Assembly: GCA_913040915.1 (NCBI GenBank)
Contig: CAJWHW010000001.1
Location: 1-64,000, forward strand
Reading direction: 5' to 3'
Length of the DNA stretch: 64,000 nt
Source of the DNA: an uncultured Fidelibacterota bacterium
Lineage (GTDB): Bacteria; Fidelibacterota; Marinisomatia; Marinisomatales; UBA1611
In this document: one piece after another, positions 18,174-27,393 of the stretch
Layout of the letters: each line of letters starts with the position of its first letter
How positions within the stretch are numbered: position 1 is the stretch's first letter
Notes under the pieces: generated by a model
Told to the model about the DNA's origin: nothing
The model's input: the letters and a program-made list of their open reading frames with translations, nothing else
Databases searched by the model: none
Position numbers and translations under genes: made by a program

Positions 18174-20086
18174 TGTTAAACAGTAAAATTCCAGATGGGC
18201 CTTTAGCAGAAAAATGGACAACTTATAAATCAAAAGTTCCTCTAGTGAGCCCTGCAAATAAACGGAGATTGGATATTATTGTTGTAGGGACAGGTTTAGC
18301 CGGCGCATCGGCTGCATCTGCGCTGGCTGAAATGGGCTATAACGTAAAAGCATTCTGTTTTCAGGATAGCCCTAGGCGTGCGCATTCAATTGCCGCACAG
18401 GGCGGAATCAATGCAGCAAAAAATTATCAAAATGACGGAGATTCTATTTATAGGCTTTTCTACGATACAATTAAGGGCGGTGATTATCGCTCCCGAGAAG
18501 CCAATGTATATCGCCTAGCAGAAGTCAGTGCAAATATAATTGATCAGTGTGTTGCTCAAGGGGTCCCATTTGCCAGAGAGTATGGAGGCACCTTAGCCAA
18601 CCGTTCTTTTGGTGGGGTACAAGTTTCAAGAACTTTTTATGCAAGAGGGCAAACAGGACAACAATTGCTACTCGGTGCTTATAGTGCTTTAAGTCGCCAA
18701 ATTGCAAAAAGTAATGTAAAAATGTACAATCGCCATGAAATGCAGGATATTGTAGTAATAGATGGGAAAGCGCGCGGCGTTATAGTAAGAAACCTTATTA
18801 CAGGTGAATATACGAGGCATTTTGGGCATGCTGTAGTTTTAGCTACTGGAGGATATGGCAATGTTTATTATTTATCAACCAATGCAATGAAAAGTAATGT
18901 AACTGCAGCATGGAAAGCGTATAAAAAAGGTGCCATGTTTGCCAATCCATGTTTTACGCAAATACATCCGACCTGTATTCCAGTATCAGGAGAGTATCAG
19001 TCTAAGTTAACACTTATGTCTGAGTCTTTAAGAAATGATGGGAGAATTTGGGTTCCTAAAAAGCAAGGAGATGATCGTAAACCTGAAGATATCCCAGAAG
19101 AAGACAGAGATTATTATTTGGAACGGCGCTACCCTGCTTTTGGTAACCTTGTTCCAAGAGATGTAGCATCCCGGGCAGCTAAAGAACGATGTGATGAAGG
19201 GTATGGTGTTGGCCCCACAAAGCTGGCAGTTTATCTGGATTTTAAAGATGCTATAAAACGTTTGGGAGAGGGTGTTATTAGCGCTCGTTATGGAAACCTA
19301 TTTCAAATGTATGAAAAAATTACGGGCGATGATCCATACAAAACTCCTATGCGGATTTTTCCAGCAGTCCACTATACAATGGGTGGACTGTGGGTTGATT
19401 ATAATTTAATGACTACAGTCCCGGGTCTCTATGCTATCGGTGAATGTAATTTTTCAGACCATGGTGCAAATCGTTTGGGTGCTTCTGCATTGATGCAGGG
19501 ACTTGCTGATGGATATTTTGTATTACCCTATACTATAGGACACTTTTTATCTGATGATATTAGGACAGATGATATATCCACGGACCATGACGCATTTATC
19601 CAAGCAGAAAAAGATTCTCGCGAAACAAATGAAAAATTGTTACATAATAATGGAAATAGATCCGTAGAAAGTTTCCACCGAGATTTAGGTCACATCATGT
19701 GGGAGTGTTGTGGTATGTCTCGGAATGCATCTAGTTTAAAAGACGCAATACAAGAAATTCAATCTCTAAGGAAAGATTTTTGGGATAATGTGAAGGTTCC
19801 AGGCAGGGATGATATGCTTAATTCAGAATTAGAAAAAGCAGGTCGAGTTGCCGATTTTATTGAGCTGGGAGAATTAATGATGCGGGATGCATTAGATCGC
19901 ACGGAATCTTGTGGTGGTCACTTTAGGGAAGAATCTCAAACAGAAGATGGGGAGGCTAAACGGGATGATGAAAATTTCACTTTCTCATCGGCGTGGGAAT
20001 TTAAGGGCGCTGATACTACTCCCATACGGAATAAAGAAGAATTGATATTTGACACAGTCCATCTAACTCAACGGAGTTATAAATAA
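18173..20086 (+). CDS. sdhA: Succinate dehydrogenase/fumarate reductase flavoprotein
   Basis: [19 protein letters not shown] (FAD-His), HYTMGG, HGANRLG. Confidence 0.97.
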   Translation: MLNSKIPDGPLAEKWTTYKSKVPLVSPANKRRLDIIVVGTGLAGASAASALAEMGYNVKAFCFQDSPRRAHSIAAQGGINAAKNYQNDGDSIYRLFYDTIKGGDYRSREANVYRLAEVSANIIDQCVAQGVPFAREYGGTLANRSFGGVQVSRTFYARGQTGQQLLLGAYSALSRQIAKSNVKMYNRHEMQDIVVIDGKARGVIVRNLITGEYTRHFGHAVVLATGGYGNVYYLSTNAMKSNVTAAWKAYKKGAMFANPCFTQIHPTCIPVSGEYQSKLTLMSESLRNDGRIWVPKKQGDDRKPEDIPEEDRDYYLERRYPAFGNLVPRDVASRAAKERCDEGYGVGPTKLAVYLDFKDAIKRLGEGVISARYGNLFQMYEKITGDDPYKTPMRIFPAVHYTMGGLWVDYNLMTTVPGLYAIGECNFSDHGANRLGASALMQGLADGYFVLPYTIGHFLSDDIRTDDISTDHDAFIQAEKDSRETNEKLLHNNGNRSVESFHRDLGHIMWECCGMSRNASSLKDAIQEIQSLRKDFWDNVKVPGRDDMLNSELEKAGRVADFIELGELMMRDALDRTESCGGHFREESQTEDGEAKRDDENFTFSSAWEFKGADTTPIRNKEELIFDTVHLTQRSYK

Positions 20087-20838
20087 TGTCTGATCTAAAG
20101 CTTACATTAAAAATTTGGAGACAAACTGATTCAAAAGATACAGGTGGTTTGAAATCCTACACTATTTCTGGACTAAATACCCATATGTCTTTTTTGGAGA
20201 TGTTGGATGTATTAAATGAGCAGTTAGTGATTAAAGGAGATGACCCCGTTGCATTTGATCACGATTGTAGAGAGGGGATTTGCGGTATGTGTTCTATGGT
20301 GATTAATGGAAAGCCCCATGGCCCACTAGAAGGTACGACAACATGCCAGCTTCATATGAGACATTTTAAGAATGGAGATACCATTACTATTGAACCTTGG
20401 CGTGCTAAGCCATTTCCTGTTTTAAAAGATTTAGTCGTTGACAGAACTCCTTTTGATCGCATCATTCAAGCAGGTGGGTTTATATCGGTTAATACAGGCA
20501 GTGCCCCAGATGGGAATTCTATCCCAATTAGTAAAGAAGATGCTGAGGATGCATTTGATGCAGCTGCATGTATTGGGTGTGGGGCATGTGTGGCTGCTTG
20601 CAAAAATGCTTCAGCAAGTTTATTCGTGGCTGCAAAAGTTTCCCAGCTATCTCTTTTACCTCAAGGTCAGCCAGAGCGAGAAAAGCGAGCCATTAATATG
20701 GTAGATCAGATGGATAAAGAAAAATTTGGTCATTGCACAAATACTGGTGCATGTGAAGCAGAATGCCCAAAGCAAATCTCAGTAGATTATATCAGAAAAA
20801 TGAATTGGGAATATCACCGGGCAAATGTGAAAGGATAG
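20086..20838 (+). CDS. sdhB: Succinate dehydrogenase/fumarate reductase Fe-S subunit
   Basis: [32 protein letters not shown]. Confidence 0.96.
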   Translation: MSDLKLTLKIWRQTDSKDTGGLKSYTISGLNTHMSFLEMLDVLNEQLVIKGDDPVAFDHDCREGICGMCSMVINGKPHGPLEGTTTCQLHMRHFKNGDTITIEPWRAKPFPVLKDLVVDRTPFDRIIQAGGFISVNTGSAPDGNSIPISKEDAEDAFDAAACIGCGACVAACKNASASLFVAAKVSQLSLLPQGQPEREKRAINMVDQMDKEKFGHCTNTGACEAECPKQISVDYIRKMNWEYHRANVKG

Positions 20839-20875
20839 CCGAAGTTTTTTCTTGATAAATTATGAATCAACTAAG

Positions 20876-21490
20876 TTATTTTAGCTTGAAATTAACAGGT
20901 ATAGAGATCCAAACTGCCACAGCTCTTTCCCTCTGGGTCGCAGGTACAAACTTTGTTTTTCGAATGGCTTCCATAGCAGCTTCATCTAAACCTGTATTCG
21001 GCACTCCTTTTAATATCAAAGTTTCTTTTACTCGGCCTTTCTCATCAATAAATGCTTGCACCACAACTATACCTTCAATCCCTGCTTCCTGAGCGATTTC
21101 AGGATAAATAGGTCTAATAGCAGACTTAGGTCTTGGAGGGTCATCATAGGGAATAAATGTAACTCTGGGACCAGATGGCGGAGGTGGTGGAGCATCTAGA
21201 TTTGAAAAATCGTCAAAATCTAATTCATCCAAAGTCAAGTCATCAGCTATATCCTCATCATCAGAAGGTACAGGAATGGATGGTCTGGCCGGTGGAGGAG
21301 TATTATCAATTTGTTGAGTTTGTGGTATATCAATATTTTCAATGATAACTTGATCTACCTCTTCAAATTCCATACTGTTCAAAAAGCGAGGAAAAATTAA
21401 AAAGTTTAAGATTACCAATCCGACCCCAATTAAGCCAGTAATTCGAACCACAACAGGATATTTTTCTTTGAGTGGATTGATATATTCCAC
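20876..21490 (-). CDS. tonB: Energy transducer TonB
   Basis: N-terminal TM, Pro-rich linker, YPEIAQEAGIEG.VVV...IDEKG C-domain. Confidence 0.9.
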   Translation of the reverse strand: MEYINPLKEKYPVVVRITGLIGVGLVILNFLIFPRFLNSMEFEEVDQVIIENIDIPQTQQIDNTPPPARPSIPVPSDDEDIADDLTLDELDFDDFSNLDAPPPPPSGPRVTFIPYDDPPRPKSAIRPIYPEIAQEAGIEGIVVVQAFIDEKGRVKETLILKGVPNTGLDEAAMEAIRKTKFVPATQRERAVAVWISIPVNFKLK

Positions 21491-21900
21491 TAGTCTACCA
21501 GAGTCTTAGATGAATAGTTTAATTTCAACGCTTCCACTTTCCTTAAATTATCATGAATATCTGATATGAGTCCCATTTCAGCTTCTTCATCTCCTTTCAA
21601 AGAAACAACAATTTGCGGGTCTGCTACTCGCTTATCATACATAACCAATGCTACATCGTCTACGGCCAATAGTCTATCATCAATAGATATTAAACCATCT
21701 TTTGAAACCCAAACTTGAACGGTGTGCCGTTTAGATTTCAGCTTTTCTATCCGTTTTGCTTTTGGAAGATTTACAGGAAGACCCGAGTACTCTTTTAAAA
21801 CTGTAGTAACCATAAAAAACACCAAAAGCATAAAAATAATATCTGGCATTGATGCAGTTGGAATATCACTTGAAATTTTAGTTTTTCTTGAAAATTTCAT
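21490..21900 (-). CDS. exbD: ExbD/TolR family protein
   Basis: SMPDIIFMLLVFFMVTT. Confidence 0.9.
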   Translation of the reverse strand: MKFSRKTKISSDIPTASMPDIIFMLLVFFMVTTVLKEYSGLPVNLPKAKRIEKLKSKRHTVQVWVSKDGLISIDDRLLAVDDVALVMYDKRVADPQIVVSLKGDEEAEMGLISDIHDNLRKVEALKLNYSSKTLVD

Positions 21901-22298
21901 TAATTGCTGTTTGCGATAGAGATTCTTTTTGCATCAGCCATCTTTAGCTGGTCAATTACTCTTACGTAATCATTGTATGCTGTCTTTGGATGAGCTTTTA
22001 CAGAAATGATAAGCTTATCATTTGCTCTCAGCTTTTGACCAACAACACGATGGATCTGATCCACATTGGTTGGCTCTTCGTCCAGAAGCACTTTCCCTTG
22101 AGAATTTATCAGACAGTTTAGGATATTTTCTTTCCGAATTTCAATTTCCATATCACCCGGCGGTGGTAGAACAATGCCAAGTCCTTTATCGGTATCAATG
22201 GTGGTTGTTACCAAAAAGAATATTAAAAGTAGGAAAGCGATATCTGCCATTGACGAGGTAGGAATCTCGCCACCTTTAAATCTGCGTTTTTTGGCCAT
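21900..22298 (-). CDS. exbD: ExbD/TolR family protein
   Basis: SMADIAFLLLIFFLVTT. Confidence 0.9.
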   Translation of the reverse strand: MAKKRRFKGGEIPTSSMADIAFLLLIFFLVTTTIDTDKGLGIVLPPPGDMEIEIRKENILNCLINSQGKVLLDEEPTNVDQIHRVVGQKLRANDKLIISVKAHPKTAYNDYVRVIDQLKMADAKRISIANSN

Positions 22299-22312
22299 TA
22301 GCCTGAAATTTT

Positions 22313-22927
22313 CTAGTTTTTGGCTTCCTGCTCGTATAAGTAATCCATGATTTTCACAGATTGCTCTTCCATATCCAGGACAAGCTTATCAATCCGGGAT
22401 ACAAATATATTCTGGCAGGTCTGGATAATCATAGCAACAATTAAACCGAATGCAGTTGTCAATAATGCTTGCGAAATACCTCCAGCAACAACAGCCGGAG
22501 AAATATCATTTGCTGCCTTAATTGCATCAAATGCGCTAATCATTCCAACAACTGTTCCAGTAAAGCCCAGCATAGGGGCTATGGTGATCACGGCATTTAA
22601 CCAAATCATGTTTTTTTCTAGAAAGGCCATTTCTATAGCACCTGCATTTTGGATTGCCTTTTCAACATCATCTAATCCCCGGTGCATTCTGGAAAGCCCT
22701 GCATGGAAAATTGCAGCAACAGGACCATCGGTCTCTTCACAAGTGGTCGCAGCTGCAGTCGCACCATTTTCATCAATTGCGCTTGTAATTTCATCAAAAA
22801 ATGACTGTGAATCAACGGCAGACATCATGAGTGAATAAAAACGTTCAATGGCAAATCCAATTCCAAATAGCAATGTAATCAGGATCGGCCACATAAAGCC
22901 ACCGCCCTCTAAGAAATAATGGACCAT
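22313..22927 (-). CDS. exbB: ExbB/TolQ proton channel
   Basis: GGGFMWPI, APMLGFTGTVVGMI, GISQALLTTAFGL. Confidence 0.92.
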   Translation of the reverse strand: MVHYFLEGGGFMWPILITLLFGIGFAIERFYSLMMSAVDSQSFFDEITSAIDENGATAAATTCEETDGPVAAIFHAGLSRMHRGLDDVEKAIQNAGAIEMAFLEKNMIWLNAVITIAPMLGFTGTVVGMISAFDAIKAANDISPAVVAGGISQALLTTAFGLIVAMIIQTCQNIFVSRIDKLVLDMEEQSVKIMDYLYEQEAKN

Positions 22928-22996
22928 ATTGTTACTCCGTTATGATCTAATTAAGTTATTAAAATAATAAAAAGATTATTTAAAAAGATGTTTAAT

Positions 22997-24610
22997 TTAA
23001 TTGAATGAATGTAAGAATGCATCAGCTTCATTAAAGTGTTTTAGTGTTTGGAGAACTTGGTAGTCGGTCTGTAATCGGATGTTAGCGGCTTCATCTTTTC
23101 CCCAAATAGAACCAGCAATCTCTCCTTTAATTCTATTGTGTATAAAATTTAGGTTTTGTTGAAGTGAATCATGAATGACATAAATAGAATCTTTATCAAG
23201 CTGTACCAAAAATTCTGCGAATAAATCATCAGAAACGCGCCAGGAATCACGAAACTGATCGAAAGACTGAAATTCATCTTGGTGCTTGGATGCATATTCT
23301 GATGCAAAATTGAATATAGGTCTTTTTGCGCTTCTCAATACTTTTCCTGTCTCACCATTGATATTATTTTTATAGGGAATATAAATATCCGGTGTGATAC
23401 CTCCACCTCCATATACAGTTCGTCCTGATTTTGTTTCATACTTTGGTCGTAATTCCTTTAGACTATCAATTTTAGATTCTCTATTACTTTCATATAATTC
23501 CCGGTAATAAGCCAAATCATTCCCATCTTCAAAAGGCCGCTGTATTAATCTCCCGGATGGTGTATAGTATCTTGCAATTGTTACTCTAACTGCTGCGCCA
23601 CTATCTAATGGTAGTTGCCGTTGCACCAGTCCTTTGCCGAAGCTGGTTTCACCAACAACTAATCCACGATCTAAATCCTGCACAGCCCCCGACACTATTT
23701 CACTAGCACTGGCAGACCCACGATTAATCATTACAATCAGAGAAAAATCATCATAGCCTATATTGGGATCACCCATAAATACTTGATTCGATTCCTTGAC
23801 TTTACCGATAGTATAAACAAGAGTATCTTCCAGAGTAATAAACTGATCAGCAATCGCTGCAGCTTGCTCCAAAAATCCGCCACTATTTCCACGTAGATCA
23901 AACAAAAGCCTTTTCATCCCTTTAGCTCGTAGAGACTTTAACGCCTTACTTACCTCTTTTTCTGTAGTTGCTGAAAATCGCCTTAGAAATATATATCCAG
24001 TTTGATCATCTATCATGGTGGCTGCACCGACGCTGTAGATTGGAATATTGTCTCTGATAATTGTGACATCAAAAGGCTTTCCTATTCCAATTCGGCTGAT
24101 AGTAACATCAACCTTTGTCCCTTTTTGCCCGCGTAGCTTTTTAAATACCTCATCTTTTGTAATCTTATAGGCATCTTCACCATTTATGGCTATTATTTTA
24201 TCCCCTGACATAAGCCCCACAATATCAGATGGGCTATCTGGTATAGGAGAAATTACAGTAATGAAACCATCTAATATATCAAACTCAATTCCGATTCCTT
24301 GAAAATTTCCCTTGAATAATTCAGTAATATTTTCTTGTTCTTTTGCAGGAATATATGTCGAATGCGGGTCAAGCTCTTCCATTAATCCATGAAATGCACC
24401 ATCCATAACCTTATTCATGTCAACAGTGTCAAAATAAAAATGATTTACATATGAAATAATTTGTTGCAGAACGTTAATTTTTTCTCGTAAGACCCTGTAA
24501 ACATTTTGATTACTGGAATATATTTTAGGTGTAAGCAGTACAGCTGCTAAAAGAAAACCGAATGATGCAGATATTACCAGAGGCCAAATACGCCGAAAGT
24601 TTTTAAACAT
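22997..24610 (-). CDS. ctpA: Carboxyl-terminal processing protease, S41 family
   Basis: LDPHS, PDZ GIGIEF, DLRGNSGG, SASASEIVSGA, SFGKGLVQ, TIARYYTPSG. Confidence 0.93.
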   Translation of the reverse strand: MFKNFRRIWPLVISASFGFLLAAVLLTPKIYSSNQNVYRVLREKINVLQQIISYVNHFYFDTVDMNKVMDGAFHGLMEELDPHSTYIPAKEQENITELFKGNFQGIGIEFDILDGFITVISPIPDSPSDIVGLMSGDKIIAINGEDAYKITKDEVFKKLRGQKGTKVDVTISRIGIGKPFDVTIIRDNIPIYSVGAATMIDDQTGYIFLRRFSATTEKEVSKALKSLRAKGMKRLLFDLRGNSGGFLEQAAAIADQFITLEDTLVYTIGKVKESNQVFMGDPNIGYDDFSLIVMINRGSASASEIVSGAVQDLDRGLVVGETSFGKGLVQRQLPLDSGAAVRVTIARYYTPSGRLIQRPFEDGNDLAYYRELYESNRESKIDSLKELRPKYETKSGRTVYGGGGITPDIYIPYKNNINGETGKVLRSAKRPIFNFASEYASKHQDEFQSFDQFRDSWRVSDDLFAEFLVQLDKDSIYVIHDSLQQNLNFIHNRIKGEIAGSIWGKDEAANIRLQTDYQVLQTLKHFNEADAFLHSFN

Positions 24611-24693
24611 AAGTAATTTTTTATTAAATCTATAAAGAAAATTTATAGAAGGAATTTATCTATCTCCACTAGGAAGATATTAGCTATAACTGG

Positions 24694-26127
24694 TTATATA
24701 TTGGAAATAAGAAAAAGGAAAGCAGTTATCATTGGAATTCCAATAAACCATCCACCTTTTAATTCTCTAGGTTTTATGTGCGGTGTTTTATTATTCACTT
24801 GATTGTATCTAAATGCAACATCCACAATTTTTCCAGATTCAACGTAAATAGTTTCAACACCAAAAGATTGATTATGTACAATGAGATCATTATTGACAAA
24901 AGACCAATTGCCTAGACTTAGAGCTTTTTTATTTGCTGCTTTGAAGCTACTTATTTGGTGCCAACCGGGCTCAACTGATATAATATTTAAAAGCGGTGTT
25001 TCACCAACATATTCTCCATTTACAAAAATAGGTATACCATCCATGTTTGTGTTTACTTGAATACCGCCACTACCATACATCTCAACATCGATGATTTTAC
25101 TGTCTATCTTTTCTGCAAATTGACTTTGTGAGTTATCCGTACCATTATAGGCTTCAATAGCTTCAGATTCACCAGATCTGGTCCATAACTCATGGTTGTC
25201 ATCTGCGCCAGTACTCTCATTGGGTTCAATTGATTCTAAAGCATCGGAGTTTTGTAGAGATGATTTCTCCCTTTCATTTGCCAGAGTCGCCCTCGCTTTT
25301 TCAATCAATGCATTAAACTCTTTCTTTTTAGATTTTTTGGATTTAATAACATCATTGTGGGTCGCCAAACTTTGCTTTGCTGGTTTATGATTTTTTTCAT
25401 TCAGTACGTTGGTTTGGTTGTTATTAAGTAACCCTATTTTTTTAATGTTCTGATAGTTGTTACGGGCTTTTTCTACTCGCAGAGCTAATTCAGATTTATT
25501 TACACCCTTAGGATTAGAATGCTCTATGGTTGTATTTTGATTTACACCGTCATTATTATATTCAGTTGTTTTTTTAGTACTACGTTTTGTCAATAATGCA
25601 ACCTGCTTTGCATCTTCAAAACTTTTGCGCGCCTTTTCCACCCGCTTATTGAACTCAGATTTATTCGAATCTTTTTTATTGGACTCTGCAAGTCTAAATA
25701 CCGAACTACCCTCATTTTTTATATGAGTTTTTAGATTTGCAACTTTAGACTTGCTCATTTCTGTATGAATGAAAACAATTGTATTGGGGCTTGTTTGGGA
25801 GTTAATAATATCGAACCCAACAATAGGCCGACCAATTAAAAAAGCGAGTTGTGTTGAATTTTGAAAATCATCCATTTTAACTTTTTTCAGAGGGTGTTGC
25901 AAGTTTGAAAATGGCAGTTTGGTTGATGGAGGCCTCACCCCAAGAACCGTTAGATAGACCCAACCACGATCAGATTTCCAGCCAATTATATCGTCATCCT
26001 GGATTGGGTCTGTTAAGTCTATATTAACCATAATCCCATTATCCTTGATAGAATAATGAATGTTTTCAATAGATTTTTCTGCCATGCACAGCGATAGCAG
26101 AATGATGAATGTAATCTTATGTTTCAA
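24694..26127 (-). CDS. Exported AMIN-like + PEGA protein with C-terminal TM, paralogue of 14073..15719
   Basis: Signal peptide; DDFQNSTQLAF matches DDFDGSTQLAF of the paralogue; PEGA GIPIFVNGEYVGETPL...PGWHQI. Confidence 0.72.
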   Translation of the reverse strand: MKHKITFIILLSLCMAEKSIENIHYSIKDNGIMVNIDLTDPIQDDDIIGWKSDRGWVYLTVLGVRPPSTKLPFSNLQHPLKKVKMDDFQNSTQLAFLIGRPIVGFDIINSQTSPNTIVFIHTEMSKSKVANLKTHIKNEGSSVFRLAESNKKDSNKSEFNKRVEKARKSFEDAKQVALLTKRSTKKTTEYNNDGVNQNTTIEHSNPKGVNKSELALRVEKARNNYQNIKKIGLLNNNQTNVLNEKNHKPAKQSLATHNDVIKSKKSKKKEFNALIEKARATLANEREKSSLQNSDALESIEPNESTGADDNHELWTRSGESEAIEAYNGTDNSQSQFAEKIDSKIIDVEMYGSGGIQVNTNMDGIPIFVNGEYVGETPLLNIISVEPGWHQISSFKAANKKALSLGNWSFVNNDLIVHNQSFGVETIYVESGKIVDVAFRYNQVNNKTPHIKPRELKGGWFIGIPMITAFLFLISNI

Positions 26128-26296
26128 ATTATACTATGTGTTTCAATTAACAGAGCTCTATTAATGAAAACAATCTTTACTTTGTTAAGAAAAAAAGCAT
26201 CAAATATATATTACTGATTTAATTAAAGTCAAGCTTATAAATTTCTATTTAGGCTTTGTATAATTTTACATTAGAATAAAAATATTTAATTTGATG

Positions 26297-27187
26297 TTAG
26301 AGACCAATATATAGCATTGTTCTAAAAGAGACTCCCTGGAGCGCAGATGCGGGAGAGTCCTTAATTTCATTTTTACCATTTAAAACCCATTTACCTTCTC
26401 TAACGGTCCCTTTATTAAACCCTGCACTAATGCGCAAACCCAATCGCTCCAAAAATTGCCATTTAATTGCTACATATGGTTGAAAATTAAAAAATGTTGC
26501 ACTTACATCCCGCAATAATCCAGGTACTTCTCCTGGTGTAATATCGGGGTCATCGTATTCATCTGCGCTAACACCATAATATAATGTTCCTGTTGAATCC
26601 ATTGTTCCATATACATTACTGAAAACTCTCTCCCATCGAGGGTTCCCATTTTGCTCATCTACAGAAATAGCTGCTCTTCCCAGACCCATTAGGGCGCCTG
26701 CTGACAGTTCCAAATCTTGAAAAACAGGCATAACATATTCTACAGAGGCTGCACCTAGATAAAACGAGAATTTTGCTTCAATAGTTGGATTGAAAAATGA
26801 TGTATAATCTTTGGAATCTTCACCTTGATCAAAAACCCCGTTTGCTTCGCCATTTAAATTATCTTTAAAAACAATAATATCTGGAATTGTGGACACTGCA
26901 GTTGCCCCCATACCTGCGTATCCGCCAATGCGCCATCGTCCAGTTACATGTGCAAACCCTTCTCCACCATGAATAACAAAAGGATTATCAAAGTTTTCTG
27001 GTTTCAAACCCAATCCGGATAGATAATGTGACCCCGGAATAGAATCCAAGCTAATGTACATTGGACTATATCCAATGCCGCCACCAAGAAAATCCTGCGC
27101 CGGATAACTAAACTGCGCAGATAAAATAGAAATGTTGACTGAAATGAATAAAATGAAATTTTTCATATTTAATAGGGTTCTCCGCAT
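26297..27187 (-). CDS. Probable outer-membrane beta-barrel protein
   Basis: Signal ending LSA-Q; amphipathic Gly/aromatic strands (WRIGGYAG, FQPYVAIKWQF, LRISAGF); terminal strand FRTMLYIGL. Confidence 0.65.
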   Translation of the reverse strand: MRRTLLNMKNFILFISVNISILSAQFSYPAQDFLGGGIGYSPMYISLDSIPGSHYLSGLGLKPENFDNPFVIHGGEGFAHVTGRWRIGGYAGMGATAVSTIPDIIVFKDNLNGEANGVFDQGEDSKDYTSFFNPTIEAKFSFYLGAASVEYVMPVFQDLELSAGALMGLGRAAISVDEQNGNPRWERVFSNVYGTMDSTGTLYYGVSADEYDDPDITPGEVPGLLRDVSATFFNFQPYVAIKWQFLERLGLRISAGFNKGTVREGKWVLNGKNEIKDSPASALQGVSFRTMLYIGL

Positions 27188-27285
27188 GGTTTATGCTTTC
27201 AAATTAAGATTCATCTTTGAATTTAGAAAGAAAATATGGCTGAAAACGTAAGTAATATTAAAAAAATAAAAGCAGGGGCTTTTCC

Positions 27286-27314
27286 TTGTAAAAATAGCTT
27301 TAACATCCTATATT
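27286..27314 (+). promoter_or_regulatory. Sigma70-like promoter of the FG-GAP gene pair
   Basis: TTGTAA-17 nt-TATATT. Confidence 0.5.
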
Positions 27315-27393
27315 TTTCAAACAGTAAACGAGGTAAGGGAGATCAAAACGTGATTTGCCTCCCGAATAACTACATCCAATTTTGGTTTAAACC

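Noticed and set aside
20876..22927. ExbB-ExbD-ExbD-TonB as a novel motor
   Set aside because: This is a common arrangement in FCB-group bacteria; ordinary TonB system.
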